DNA of 64,000 nt from a virus. Its lineage: Duplodnaviria; Caudoviricetes. Location: the IMG/VR virus record IMGVR_UViG_3300028832_000110, positions 1-64,000 of that record; one strand, given 5' to 3'. Shown here one piece after another: positions 37,028-46,469 of the stretch (position 1 is its first letter; each line of letters begins with the position of its first letter). The notes under the pieces were generated by a model that had not been told where the DNA came from, ran no database searches, and was given only the letters and a program-made list of their open reading frames with translations. A program made the position numbers and the translations under genes.

Positions 37028-37570
37028 TTATTCCTCACCGCCATTAGGGGTCTCGTAAACACTGAAATCAATGTTATCCTTGACCTCCCAACCTTCCTGA
37101 TAGCAGGACTCGATGTAAGCCAGACCGCCGAGATAGAACTGAACCAGTTCCTCGAAAGACTGGAAGACCTCATAGATGGCCTTCTCGTCGCTGTCCTCAG
37201 AAATCTTGTATTTCATCGGGAACTTTACGAGGTTCGGGTACTCCTTGGCCGCATCGTGCTTTGCCTTGAAGTTGTTCTGATTCTCCTTTGAGAGCCAGAC
37301 CTTGACAGTCTTACCCTCATCGTCGCCGTGAAGGATAGTCCACTCATAGCCGTTGAGAATCTTTTCATCAGTGCAGGCATCAATGTCGGCAATGATAGCT
37401 TTCTTGATCTCGCTGAAGCTAAGATGTGAACGCTGCTTTTTGTAGACGTAGACCTCAATCCACTCTGCCATGTCGTTACTAACTTCTTTGTAGTTGTAAC
37501 CGATGATAATGCGGCTTGCATCCTCTTTGAGGTATGCGAAATCCGACTTCAAACCATTTACCTTGTTCAT
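37028..37570 (-). CDS. Putative tail-fibre-associated protein (DUF4376-like)
   Basis: WLSKENQNNF...YQEGWEVK; position in the late operon. Confidence 0.5.
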   Translation of the reverse strand: MNKVNGLKSDFAYLKEDASRIIIGYNYKEVSNDMAEWIEVYVYKKQRSHLSFSEIKKAIIADIDACTDEKILNGYEWTILHGDDEGKTVKVWLSKENQNNFKAKHDAAKEYPNLVKFPMKYKISEDSDEKAIYEVFQSFEELVQFYLGGLAYIESCYQEGWEVKDNIDFSVYETPNGGEE

Positions 37571-37583
37571 AATAATTACTATT

Positions 37584-38774
37584 TTAAATTGTTAATAAAA
37601 AGGGTTTATCCATTTTCAATAATCCTCTCTCAAACGGTGCTACCTTCAACATCTTCTCATTCAAGAATAGGCTACACCTTATGTTGTATGAAGAGTAATG
37701 CCCCAATGTGCCGAGGAAGGAATTGATGGAACGGTACGTTGATTCCACGTCATCAAAATCCAGTCTGCTCATGCTGACCTTGGTACGGTATAAGGTGGCA
37801 TTCGATATATAGCTTCTGAATGGCTTGATGAAAGCACCGAGAAATTCAGCACCGATACCAACCTCCCTAATCTGCAACTTTCCCATGTGTAGATTTACTT
37901 CAAGTATTTCGTTTAGGAATTCCCTAATCTTAGGCACACTCTCCAATAGCTTCTTTTTGTCATGGCAGACAATGTACGAGTCATCAACGTATCTGCCGAA
38001 ATGCTTGAACTTCAGCACTCTCTTAACGAATTGGTCATAGACGTTGAGATAGACATTGCTGAACAACTGGCTTGTGAGGTTTCCGATTGGCAAACCACAA
38101 CCCTCATTCGTCCAAAATAGGCTCTTGTTTCTGTCAAGGCCATCCCAATCCTCCTTTTTGCCTACGACACGGCATTTCTTAGTGGGATCAAGCATGATGA
38201 TTTCCTTCGTCAGCCACAATACGAAATCTATATCCAGATATTCGCCCCAAGTCTGCTTGGTATCTACGCATACTCTGTGACTGCGCATTTTCTCGATGGT
38301 TTTTGTGGCAATATCCAGAAGGAATACTCTTTTGATGTGCATGAAATAGCCTCGAACATCAAGGCTCATAACATAGCACTTTCGCTGATAGTTTCGGCTT
38401 TCGCTCAATATATGGTGTCTCAGTCTCTCAATACCATAATGCGTACCGCGTCCGGGGATGCAGGAATAGCTGTCGGCAATAAATGTATGCTCAAAAAGCA
38501 CATGGGTATAGTTGTAGTAAAGGTGATGCACTACTCTGTCACGGAATTGTGCTGCAAAGACCTCTCGCTTCATCGGACGTTCAACGATGAAACAAGAAGA
38601 GGGTTCTGGCTGATACCTACGAGCCAACAAATCGTCTGCAAGGCTTTCGAGATTCTTCATCAGATTTTTCTCAAAGGTCTTGACGTATGGCTTATTGGAC
38701 TTATGCTGCTTTGCACACAAAAACGCTGCGTACAAATCTAACATCAAAGCCTTTTTAGTAAGTACATATTCCAT
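37584..38774 (-). CDS. DGR reverse transcriptase
   Basis: FRDRVVHH, GLPIGNLTSQLFSNVYL (DGR-type motif), RYVDD; directly downstream of the TR. Confidence 0.95.
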   Translation of the reverse strand: MEYVLTKKALMLDLYAAFLCAKQHKSNKPYVKTFEKNLMKNLESLADDLLARRYQPEPSSCFIVERPMKREVFAAQFRDRVVHHLYYNYTHVLFEHTFIADSYSCIPGRGTHYGIERLRHHILSESRNYQRKCYVMSLDVRGYFMHIKRVFLLDIATKTIEKMRSHRVCVDTKQTWGEYLDIDFVLWLTKEIIMLDPTKKCRVVGKKEDWDGLDRNKSLFWTNEGCGLPIGNLTSQLFSNVYLNVYDQFVKRVLKFKHFGRYVDDSYIVCHDKKKLLESVPKIREFLNEILEVNLHMGKLQIREVGIGAEFLGAFIKPFRSYISNATLYRTKVSMSRLDFDDVESTYRSINSFLGTLGHYSSYNIRCSLFLNEKMLKVAPFERGLLKMDKPFLLTI

Positions 38775-38821
38775 ACTATCCTCTATTTAGTTGTTTTCTT
38801 CCCTGCTGTTGGCAATAATTG

Positions 38822-39010
38822 CTGAACCGGGCGCACAGAAAAACCGTTGAACCGATTGTTGTTGTTCTGCGGATTGACATCAGACGCATTGAAGTTCAAG
38901 TTGCGACCATTCGTTGAGGAATTCAACGTAGATGCCCAATAGTTGCCGTTCGACCCACGATTGTTCAACGTCGTACCATTGTAGTTGCCGGACGCGGGGA
39001 AGAAAACAAC
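38822..39010 (-). repeat. DGR template repeat (TR), 189 bp
   Basis: Gap-free alignment to the VR; rich in AAC codons; 19 of 20 mismatches at TR adenines. Confidence 0.96.
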
Positions 39011-39195
39011 TAAAAACTCCACAAATACGGTTACTACCTAACACGAATGCAGAAAAGAATCGTCAGACACGAAGCCAATCTGCTTCTTTCATTTTTCCCG
39101 CGAGACAGAAGCCTCGTAGGACGAGTAACCTATGTAATTATTCTGAACAGCACCAAATCAAAGAACGCCTTTTCGACTTGCGAAAGGTCTGTATT

Positions 39196-39774
39196 TTATA
39201 GTAAGGCAGCAGCCTGCGCTTTCATCTTGCTAATAAACTCCTTGTCTTGAATCGGAGTCGTAGCTTCAGCAGGATATGAGATTATCTGCGACACTATTGA
39301 GAATAGTCCGCTGCGACCCAAAGCCTGCGCCTGCTGCTGTTGCTCGTCTTTCTTTTTCTTGTCTTTGCCCTCCTTTTCAGGACAACTTGCTTTCCATGTC
39401 TGGAACATCAAATCAAGGGTCTCGAAATCAGAGCCGAGGCTACTGGCATCGACATCAACGTAGAAATTCTCAGATTCAGAGCCTTCGTTGCCGAGTACGT
39501 CATAGTCGGGAATATATTTGCTCAGACTTTCTACTGGAAATCCTATCATAACATATTCGCCATCCTTCATCTTGTATCGGTTTGCGGAAAGCATCTTCTG
39601 ATCTCCACGCTGTTTCTGGAATTCCTCAGTGCAGACAATTTGCTTGATTAACCAAGCACTCCATTCGTAGGCGTGAATGAATTTACCTTCTTTGTGAAGG
39701 AAAACCCTACCCCATTTTTCGGAGTCTTGTCTGTCAGCCTCAATGGGCATTATTTCTGTTAGTTTCATATCCAA
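39196..39774 (-). CDS. DGR accessory protein, MutS-domain-I-like (MSL type)
   Basis: Sits between target and TR; FLHKEGKFIHAYEWSAW and MIGFP resemble the MutS N-terminal domain. Confidence 0.65.
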   Translation of the reverse strand: MDMKLTEIMPIEADRQDSEKWGRVFLHKEGKFIHAYEWSAWLIKQIVCTEEFQKQRGDQKMLSANRYKMKDGEYVMIGFPVESLSKYIPDYDVLGNEGSESENFYVDVDASSLGSDFETLDLMFQTWKASCPEKEGKDKKKKDEQQQQAQALGRSGLFSIVSQIISYPAEATTPIQDKEFISKMKAQAAALL

Positions 39775-39809
39775 TTTTTTTGAGAATTAAATTATTGATT
39801 TTATTATAT

Positions 39810-39874
39810 CCAACCACCCCTCTCCGTTTCGCGTAGCCGCTTGTGGGCGGCTGCTTCACTTCGTGGGTGGTTGG
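39810..39874. other. Hairpin/cruciform downstream of VR and IMH
   Basis: Inner AGCCGC-TTGTGG-GCGGCT nested inside outer CCAACCACCC/GGGTGGTTGG. Confidence 0.7.
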
Positions 39875-39891
39875 GTTGAGAGGGTAAATAA

Positions 39892-40923
39892 TTACTGAAC
39901 CGGGCGCACAGAAAAACCGAGGAACCGATTGTGATTGTACTGCGGATAGACATCAGACGCATTGAAGCACAAGTAGCGACCATTCGTAGAGGAACTCAAC
40001 GTAGACGCCCAATAGCTGCCGTACGACCCACGATCGTACAACGTCGAACCATAGTAGCCGCCGGACGCGGGGAAGAAAACAACCTTACCATTGATCTTTG
40101 ACGTGAATACGCGACCTGCAACACCAGAGCCTTGATAATCCGAAACCCATTCGCAGTTACAGTTATCATACAGCTCTTGGAACTCAGCAGAAGTAGGCAT
40201 ACGCCAAGGCGCTTTACAATTAGCACGGGCGGCATCCTGCGAGGGAGCGATATTGCCGTTAAGGGCGGCTCCTGGGGTGGAGGCATAGGGACCGTCGTTT
40301 GAAGAGCCGAAGTCGTAACCTGAACCCTCTGGATGGCCTTCGGTATTTCCCCAAGAGAAATACGAACCCCAACCCGTAGGCGAATCGGCGAAGCCGTTGG
40401 CCTTGGTGACATCAATGTTACGAGTAGCCCACTTCAAGCCAGAGGGCAGTCCGAGGTCTACCCAAAGTGCATCGGGTGAGTCGCTTTCCTCCAATCCCGA
40501 CATATTGACCACGTTGAAACGTGTGCCGTCGTACTGGAGCATAACGGTTGTGCGAGGGCGTATAACGCCGGGCTGCAAGGCAGCACCATTGACGTAAATA
40601 TCCTTTGCACCAGTGTTATTTACGTTCAGAGTAGCATTCACTACGTTTACGGCATTGTTGAAGAATACGGTTACGAGTCCATTCTTCAAGAGAATGAAGT
40701 CCGTAATAGCAACAACCTTTGCCGCTGTTGTAGCAGCCGTTGAGCAAGTGCCGTAGCCGACACCTGCCTTTGCCATGTCCTGCATAAGTTGCTGTGCAGG
40801 CCACTGTCCTGCGGGTGTGCCGTCATTGTCGAAGAGCATGACCTTCTGCGTTGCGCTTGGGGCTGCTGATGGCAATGAGGCTAATACCGCTTTCAGAGTT
40901 ACCAGAATATCTTCCGAAGTCAT
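39892..40923 (-). CDS. DGR target, putative receptor-binding protein with C-type-lectin/FGE-like C-terminal domain
   Basis: VDLGLPSGLKWATRN, WRMPT..EF.EL, FFPASG...YW...GFSVRPV. Confidence 0.9.
   Translation of the reverse strand: MTSEDILVTLKAVLASLPSAAPSATQKVMLFDNDGTPAGQWPAQQLMQDMAKAGVGYGTCSTAATTAAKVVAITDFILLKNGLVTVFFNNAVNVVNATLNVNNTGAKDIYVNGAALQPGVIRPRTTVMLQYDGTRFNVVNMSGLEESDSPDALWVDLGLPSGLKWATRNIDVTKANGFADSPTGWGSYFSWGNTEGHPEGSGYDFGSSNDGPYASTPGAALNGNIAPSQDAARANCKAPWRMPTSAEFQELYDNCNCEWVSDYQGSGVAGRVFTSKINGKVVFFPASGGYYGSTLYDRGSYGSYWASTLSSSTNGRYLCFNASDVYPQYNHNRFLGFSVRPVQ
39895..40083 (-). repeat. DGR variable repeat (VR)
   Basis: 3' end of the target gene; adenine-specific divergence from the TR. 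Confidence 0.96.
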
Positions 40924-40959
40924 AATTACAATATTTTAAGTTGTTAATTGAATTGTATC

Positions 40960-41493
40960 TTATCCGCGAACGACCACCGTCTTATTCATCAGATTTGCAA
41001 CGGCTTGCAAGAGGTCTGTAACCGAATAGGCGACATTCCCAACCATGTACTGATCTGATTTCTTTACGGCATCGGACGCATTTGAGCGGATTGTCGAGAG
41101 GTCTGCAATAGTGTCCTGCTTGTTACCGAGAGAGGCATTAATCTGTGCTACCCAATATTCTATTGAGGCATCTGTGAACACCTCCCAATCGGAGTTGAGC
41201 GTAGAATCTGAAACAACAAAGGCAATCTTGCCGTTTATCGTATGCACGACGAAAGCACCATTATTCGTTGTCAGCGTTACGGGGAAATTGCTCGTAGCCT
41301 TCTTTGAACGATACAGCACACCGTTAATGCCAATGACAGCATTCTTGACAAACGTACTCGACGGTGTAAGCGAGTTGACATTTACAGGGTGCAGAAATTC
41401 CATCGAAAGTTCAGTCGAAAAACTCTCCTTGAACTCAAGAAGTTCCTGCGCTCTGATGATTCTCTCTGGGTTTGTAAGTTGTATCTCTGCCAT
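40960..41493 (-). CDS. Putative tail fibre component
   Basis: Late operon; N-terminus paralogous to that of 41590-42381. Confidence 0.6.
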   Translation of the reverse strand: MAEIQLTNPERIIRAQELLEFKESFSTELSMEFLHPVNVNSLTPSSTFVKNAVIGINGVLYRSKKATSNFPVTLTTNNGAFVVHTINGKIAFVVSDSTLNSDWEVFTDASIEYWVAQINASLGNKQDTIADLSTIRSNASDAVKKSDQYMVGNVAYSVTDLLQAVANLMNKTVVVRG

Positions 41494-41589
41494 AATCTCT
41501 TATCTTCTTTTAAGTTGTTTTTTCTAATCAGTTTCTTTGGTAAAGGCATGAGGGCTTTTTTACTTGCCCTCACGCCTTGTAGAAAGCGA

Positions 41590-42381
41590 TTACTCAGAAG
41601 GGAACATTTCTGCAATGTCCTCAGAGGTGGCATAGGCAACACCGTCCAGCTTCTCTTTGTCAGCAGCAGAAAGCAGACCTGCCTGACCGCCAACGCCAGA
41701 TGTAGAAGGAGTCGCGCTTTGCACGGTCTTCTTGTGCGGAGTGATGACACCCTGCGCGTTCTGGGTGATGCTGTCGATGAAGGTCAGACCGCTACCGTCG
41801 GCTGTTGGGTCTTGAACGGCACTCTGAACGGTCTTGTAACCACTCAGATCAATCTTCACCGAGTAGGCGTTGAACTTATAGGCAACGGTCTTCTCGTAGT
41901 AGCCTGCGCTGCTGATGTCAGCACCTGCCTCCGGCTGATTGTCGAGAGCAGTACCGTTGGCATCGGCATAGTAGGTCTTACCCTCCACAGCCGTTTCGTC
42001 CACTGTTGCAACGTAAACGTCAATAGCGACAACACCAACGTCAGTTCCGGCCTTAACCGTCTCACCTGCGCCCTCAACCCAATCGCTTGTGGTTGTGGCA
42101 TCGGAGGTAAGGTTGTAGACCTTGCCGAGATTACCTTCAACGAGCAGTGCCGATGTCAGCTCATTAGCGGCTTTGTTGCCACCGGGCTTGTAAACGGCAG
42201 AGATTTCGCTACTGATCTTGGTCAGCAGCTCAGCGAGAGCATCTTCTACGGTAGAAGCGTTCAGACCTTGGATAGCCTCAATGGCCTTGCTCTGGAGAAT
42301 AGCCTCCAAATAGCCTTTGAACTCCAGAAGTTCGGCAGCGCGAATAATGCGCTCTGGATTTGTCAGATTAATGTTTGCCAT
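41590..42381 (-). CDS. Putative tail fibre component
   Basis: AGLLSAADKEKLDG fibre-type motif. Confidence 0.65.
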   Translation of the reverse strand: MANINLTNPERIIRAAELLEFKGYLEAILQSKAIEAIQGLNASTVEDALAELLTKISSEISAVYKPGGNKAANELTSALLVEGNLGKVYNLTSDATTTSDWVEGAGETVKAGTDVGVVAIDVYVATVDETAVEGKTYYADANGTALDNQPEAGADISSAGYYEKTVAYKFNAYSVKIDLSGYKTVQSAVQDPTADGSGLTFIDSITQNAQGVITPHKKTVQSATPSTSGVGGQAGLLSAADKEKLDGVAYATSEDIAEMFPSE

Positions 42382-42449
42382 AATCTACTAAAATTTTAAG
42401 TTGTTAATAAAAAAGTGAAATATTGGTTGTGGATTTCTCCACGTCCATT

Positions 42450-42701
42450 TTAGGGTTGTTGATCCGGGAACATTTCAGCGATGTCGGACTGCGATGCAAA
42501 TGAATCGGGATTTATGTCCTCGATTTCGATGCTTCCGTCTTTGATTGCGTCGGAGTCGATGCTGTCATGCTCTGGGATTCCACCATTCGGGAAGACAAAG
42601 AGCTTATCCCAAATTTCAAGGCTCAGAAGATGGAGTTTTCCATCCCTTTCCTCAAAGTGGTATTTTACGCCACCGTTGATGTAGATTTTTTCTTTAGCCA
42701 T
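42450..42701 (-). CDS. Small putative virion protein
   Basis: C-terminus paralogous to that of 41590-42381. Confidence 0.6.
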   Translation of the reverse strand: MAKEKIYINGGVKYHFEERDGKLHLLSLEIWDKLFVFPNGGIPEHDSIDSDAIKDGSIEIEDINPDSFASQSDIAEMFPDQQP

Positions 42702-42722
42702 AATTCTTATTTTTTTATTGTT

Positions 42723-45700
42723 CTACAATGATTTTCCTGCGGCTTGAAGAATCGCACTGAGTTTCTTTCTGTTGATATACAATGTCTTAAATCCTTTATT
42801 AGTTCCATTTGAATCAATACATTGCAGATTGAAGTAGTAAATTGGATCAATCAACGTATCATCGTCAGCAGGATTCGTGCATAGGTTCAGATACCAAACA
42901 TTGCCATAGCCATTTTCATAGCCAATACCACCGACACTTGTTGAAGGATAAGATGAATCCCAATAGAACGCACGTACAGGATTGTATGCGTTTTTTGTGT
43001 AGTAACTATAAGTAGTTCCATCTTTCGACCTATTGAAATCACTATCCTGCATTACATTATATCCGCGATAGTCAAGTTCATCTACCGTTTCGCCATTAAG
43101 CATATTTGATAGCTTAGTAATAATACCAGATGTAGTACGACCAGTTGTTACAACAATACCGCCACCAGAATACACATCAGAATCTCTAAGTTTTGTACTT
43201 GCACTATAACCTGTCTTGATAATCTTTTCATTATACTTTTGAGCATCAGCTATACTTGCGCAATAACTACCCTCAAAATATGCTCCTGCAACAATTTTTG
43301 CCAAGTATTTATAAAGACTACCATTAACAAGGTCATTTGTAAGCTGATTCTTAAACATATAGAGATACAGCATTACAATTTCAGAATCAGTTAGTGATGT
43401 GCAATCCTCAGAACCAGCATCTACGTTATAGAACTTCAACGTCATTGATTCTGCCTGAGATTGGGTGTACTTAATTCCCTCCGGGCCAAGGTTATACAAA
43501 AACTTTCCGTCTTTATCGTAATAGTTCAATATTGCTAACCCATCAGAATTTACACCCATAACAATGTTCGGAAAACTAAATGCACCATAGAAGCTAATAA
43601 TTCCATTATCAATAATAATTTTAGAATTTGAACCAAGGCTCATAATAGCCCCTCTGATATGTGCGTCACTCTGATATGTCTGACCTGTACGAAGGTCAAC
43701 TGCATAATTAGGAATGAATCGGGCATCGGCAGGTTCTATTTCTACTGAAACTATGTGACCTTCCTCTCCATCTTCATTTGTTGCAGCACGTAAGTTCCAA
43801 TTATTGCTTGTACTACCAAGAGTTATAGTTTTGGTAAGTACAACGGCTTCCTCACTCGTTGTTCCTGCAATATAGTATTCATCCTGCGTATTATCTCCAT
43901 TGAATAGACGGACGTGTACCGTATCACTGGCATTTACATAGGCAGTAATCTTAAATGTATAAGTTCCTGCTGTCAGACGGAAATTGTCTGTTATCTTAGT
44001 CCATGCTGTTGTGTAAGCCTTATCAACATCAGGCGCAATAACGGTAAGGTTGAATGGGTCATAGCCCCAAGGATATGCAGGATCGAAGTATGTATATGCA
44101 GCACGTCCATCATATTCGTCAGGACTTTCCACCGTACCACCATAGTAAGTACCATCAATATAACCATGAACTGACAACAACCAGTCGCCCGAAATGATAG
44201 CAGAACCGAAACGTGCAAAGTTCTTTACAAAGATAGCCTCAGTGAGAACCATTCCGAAGTTTTCTATCTTTCTCCACTTAGAAGATGTGCTATCAGAAGG
44301 AATATCACTACTTGTTGCAGAATCGGCATTGAGATACCACCATTCAGTACCATAATAGACAACAGGACATAATGTAGTAGTGCGACTATAAGGTGCTTTT
44401 GCGGGGAACTCTCCTGCGATATAATACATACGCCCCGGATCACCCTTGATACTCGAACCATTCTTTCCATTGGTAGTAATCTGTATGCTTTCACTGGCAA
44501 CGACTTTGCCACCAATAGTAAGATTCACGACAAAGGCTGATTCATCTGAGAAACCAGTACCATTGTAGTACTTGGTGGCAAACGTGTTACCACTAACAAT
44601 AAATCCTTCGCTAATACTATTAACATCTGGTACATTGTCTTGACTCTCAATTCCAGAACTATTTATATCAAGGAAGTACATCGAAAGTTCACTGCGACTT
44701 AATTCAGTGTAAGCACTTGTTGTACTGCCAAAAGTCTTTGTAACCTTACCCTTTATATTTACATAGATTGTATCTGTATTGGGGTCTCGATAGAAAGTGC
44801 TTCCTGCAAGTGAAATCTGATAAGTAATGGCAACTTCACCATCCTTTACACTTAATGCTCCGTTGGCAACGTAGACTCCAAGTTCAACTGGAACGGCTGG
44901 CTCTGCCATATTATTCATTCTGGTAATGCCATTGCCCTTACCGAGATTCTTATATCCGATGAAGAGGAATGGATAACGATTTGAACCAGTATAAGGGATT
45001 TCTCCCATTCCGAAGGTTTGTAGCTTATATATGAGTGAGTTGTTCCAACCAATAGCATCATAAGAAACAAGGCAGACAAAAACATTATCACCAAGACTAT
45101 TAAGTTTGGTTATTAAGTTGCTAATACCAGTACTTCCATCATACGTGTCATACACAACAGCACTATCTACAACCGCAAGAGTTTGGCGGTTAAGCGTTAC
45201 AAGGCATAATCCTCTGCTCTGAGTTGCAAGGTTGTTGCCCCCATTAACTCTTATCTCGCTATTGACAACATTAGTACCCGCACTATCTTTGTTAAAAGCA
45301 GAGCCTTTTAGATAGATGTATTGTGCATCGTCGCCTTTATCACCATTCTCTACGAGTTTGGTTGCCGAACTCCATTCAGACGCATTGATGGTGTCGGTGT
45401 TGGTATTGCTAACGGCAGTTGCATGGCGAACCCAACACGGCTTACCATTACTATTAGGAATCTGTGTACTCCAACCATTCAAAGTGCCACTAAGCGCACC
45501 AGTAGAGAATGTATATGTGCAACCATTTGAGGGTTTGTCGTTGCTACCAATACCATCATCCCTCTTATAGATGACAACTGGAGCACTATTCATACCATCG
45601 GCAACGTACTCCACTGGAGTTGACCACTCGTTAGCAGAGATTTCGTCGGTATCGGTGGTACTCCTTGCAGTAGCCATTATCACATACAACTTAGTTCCTG

Positions 45701-46460
45701 CTTCTGCTGCGGGTATCGTCTGACTCCAACTATTGAATCCAGAACCACTAAGCGCACCAGTAGAGAATGTGTAGGTAAGTTTGTCAGTAGGACGGTCTGA
45801 GTCTGTAAGGGCTGTGGCAGAACGTCTATAAAGAGGTACAACGGCAGAGTTGACACCATCCTCAATCATCTTAACGGCATTGCCGCTACTATCTCCACTC
45901 CACTCAGAACTATTAATAGTATCGGTGGTTGTGTTACTAACAGCGGTAGCTTGACGTACCCAAAGCGGATTGCCGTCGGTTGCAGGGATCGTCTTTGACC
46001 ATCCGTTAAGCGTACCAGAAAGTGAGCCGTCGGCAAATGTATAGACAACGCCATTAGCGGGTCTGTCACTATTATTCGGCTGTGTGGCACTACGCTTATA
46101 GATAAGTACGGTAGCACTATTCATACCATCGGCAACGTACTCCACTGGAGTTGACCACTCGTTAGCAGAGATTTCGTCGTATAAGTCCTTACTACGTGCC
46201 GTGGCCATAGTGACATATAGTTTCGTTCCAGAAGAAACGGCAGGCATGGTCTGGCTCCATTCATTGAAGCCAGTGCCAGTGAGATTATTCGTTGCAAATG
46301 AATAAGTCAACGTTCCATTCGGACGGTCACTATTCGTCAACGGCGTAGCAGAACGGCGATAAAGGGGAACTACGCAAGTGTTGTAGCCGTCAACCCCATT
46401 GTTGCCGTCCTCTCCGTCATTGACGGTGGTCATGCTTATCGGTGCGCAAATGATACCCAT
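42723..46460 (-). CDS. Large tail fibre/spike with four ~88-aa repeats and an ILEI/PANDER-like domain
   Basis: Repeated Y(K/R)RS...RP...YTF...WS..IP...EWS units; RGLCLVTLN...YDTY...LVSYDA. Confidence 0.75.
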   Translation of the reverse strand: MGIICAPISMTTVNDGEDGNNGVDGYNTCVVPLYRRSATPLTNSDRPNGTLTYSFATNNLTGTGFNEWSQTMPAVSSGTKLYVTMATARSKDLYDEISANEWSTPVEYVADGMNSATVLIYKRSATQPNNSDRPANGVVYTFADGSLSGTLNGWSKTIPATDGNPLWVRQATAVSNTTTDTINSSEWSGDSSGNAVKMIEDGVNSAVVPLYRRSATALTDSDRPTDKLTYTFSTGALSGSGFNSWSQTIPAAEAGTKLYVIMATARSTTDTDEISANEWSTPVEYVADGMNSAPVVIYKRDDGIGSNDKPSNGCTYTFSTGALSGTLNGWSTQIPNSNGKPCWVRHATAVSNTNTDTINASEWSSATKLVENGDKGDDAQYIYLKGSAFNKDSAGTNVVNSEIRVNGGNNLATQSRGLCLVTLNRQTLAVVDSAVVYDTYDGSTGISNLITKLNSLGDNVFVCLVSYDAIGWNNSLIYKLQTFGMGEIPYTGSNRYPFLFIGYKNLGKGNGITRMNNMAEPAVPVELGVYVANGALSVKDGEVAITYQISLAGSTFYRDPNTDTIYVNIKGKVTKTFGSTTSAYTELSRSELSMYFLDINSSGIESQDNVPDVNSISEGFIVSGNTFATKYYNGTGFSDESAFVVNLTIGGKVVASESIQITTNGKNGSSIKGDPGRMYYIAGEFPAKAPYSRTTTLCPVVYYGTEWWYLNADSATSSDIPSDSTSSKWRKIENFGMVLTEAIFVKNFARFGSAIISGDWLLSVHGYIDGTYYGGTVESPDEYDGRAAYTYFDPAYPWGYDPFNLTVIAPDVDKAYTTAWTKITDNFRLTAGTYTFKITAYVNASDTVHVRLFNGDNTQDEYYIAGTTSEEAVVLTKTITLGSTSNNWNLRAATNEDGEEGHIVSVEIEPADARFIPNYAVDLRTGQTYQSDAHIRGAIMSLGSNSKIIIDNGIISFYGAFSFPNIVMGVNSDGLAILNYYDKDGKFLYNLGPEGIKYTQSQAESMTLKFYNVDAGSEDCTSLTDSEIVMLYLYMFKNQLTNDLVNGSLYKYLAKIVAGAYFEGSYCASIADAQKYNEKIIKTGYSASTKLRDSDVYSGGGIVVTTGRTTSGIITKLSNMLNGETVDELDYRGYNVMQDSDFNRSKDGTTYSYYTKNAYNPVRAFYWDSSYPSTSVGGIGYENGYGNVWYLNLCTNPADDDTLIDPIYYFNLQCIDSNGTNKGFKTLYINRKKLSAILQAAGKSL
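45582..46179. repeat. Exact 67-bp direct repeat (45582-45648 and 46113-46179) inside the fibre gene
   Basis: Identical copies; a second exact 26-bp pair at 45487-45512 and 45745-45770. Confidence 0.85.
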
Positions 46461-46469
46461 ATATTCTCT

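Noticed and set aside
38783-39022. 79-aa Asn-rich ORF resembling the target C-terminus
   Set aside because: It is the DGR template repeat read in frame; it has no ATG start and is expected to act as RNA
41389-42399. Long + strand ORFs opposite late genes (also 7125-7889 and 59198-59914)
   Set aside because: Antisense shadows of well-supported minus-strand genes, with no motifs of their own
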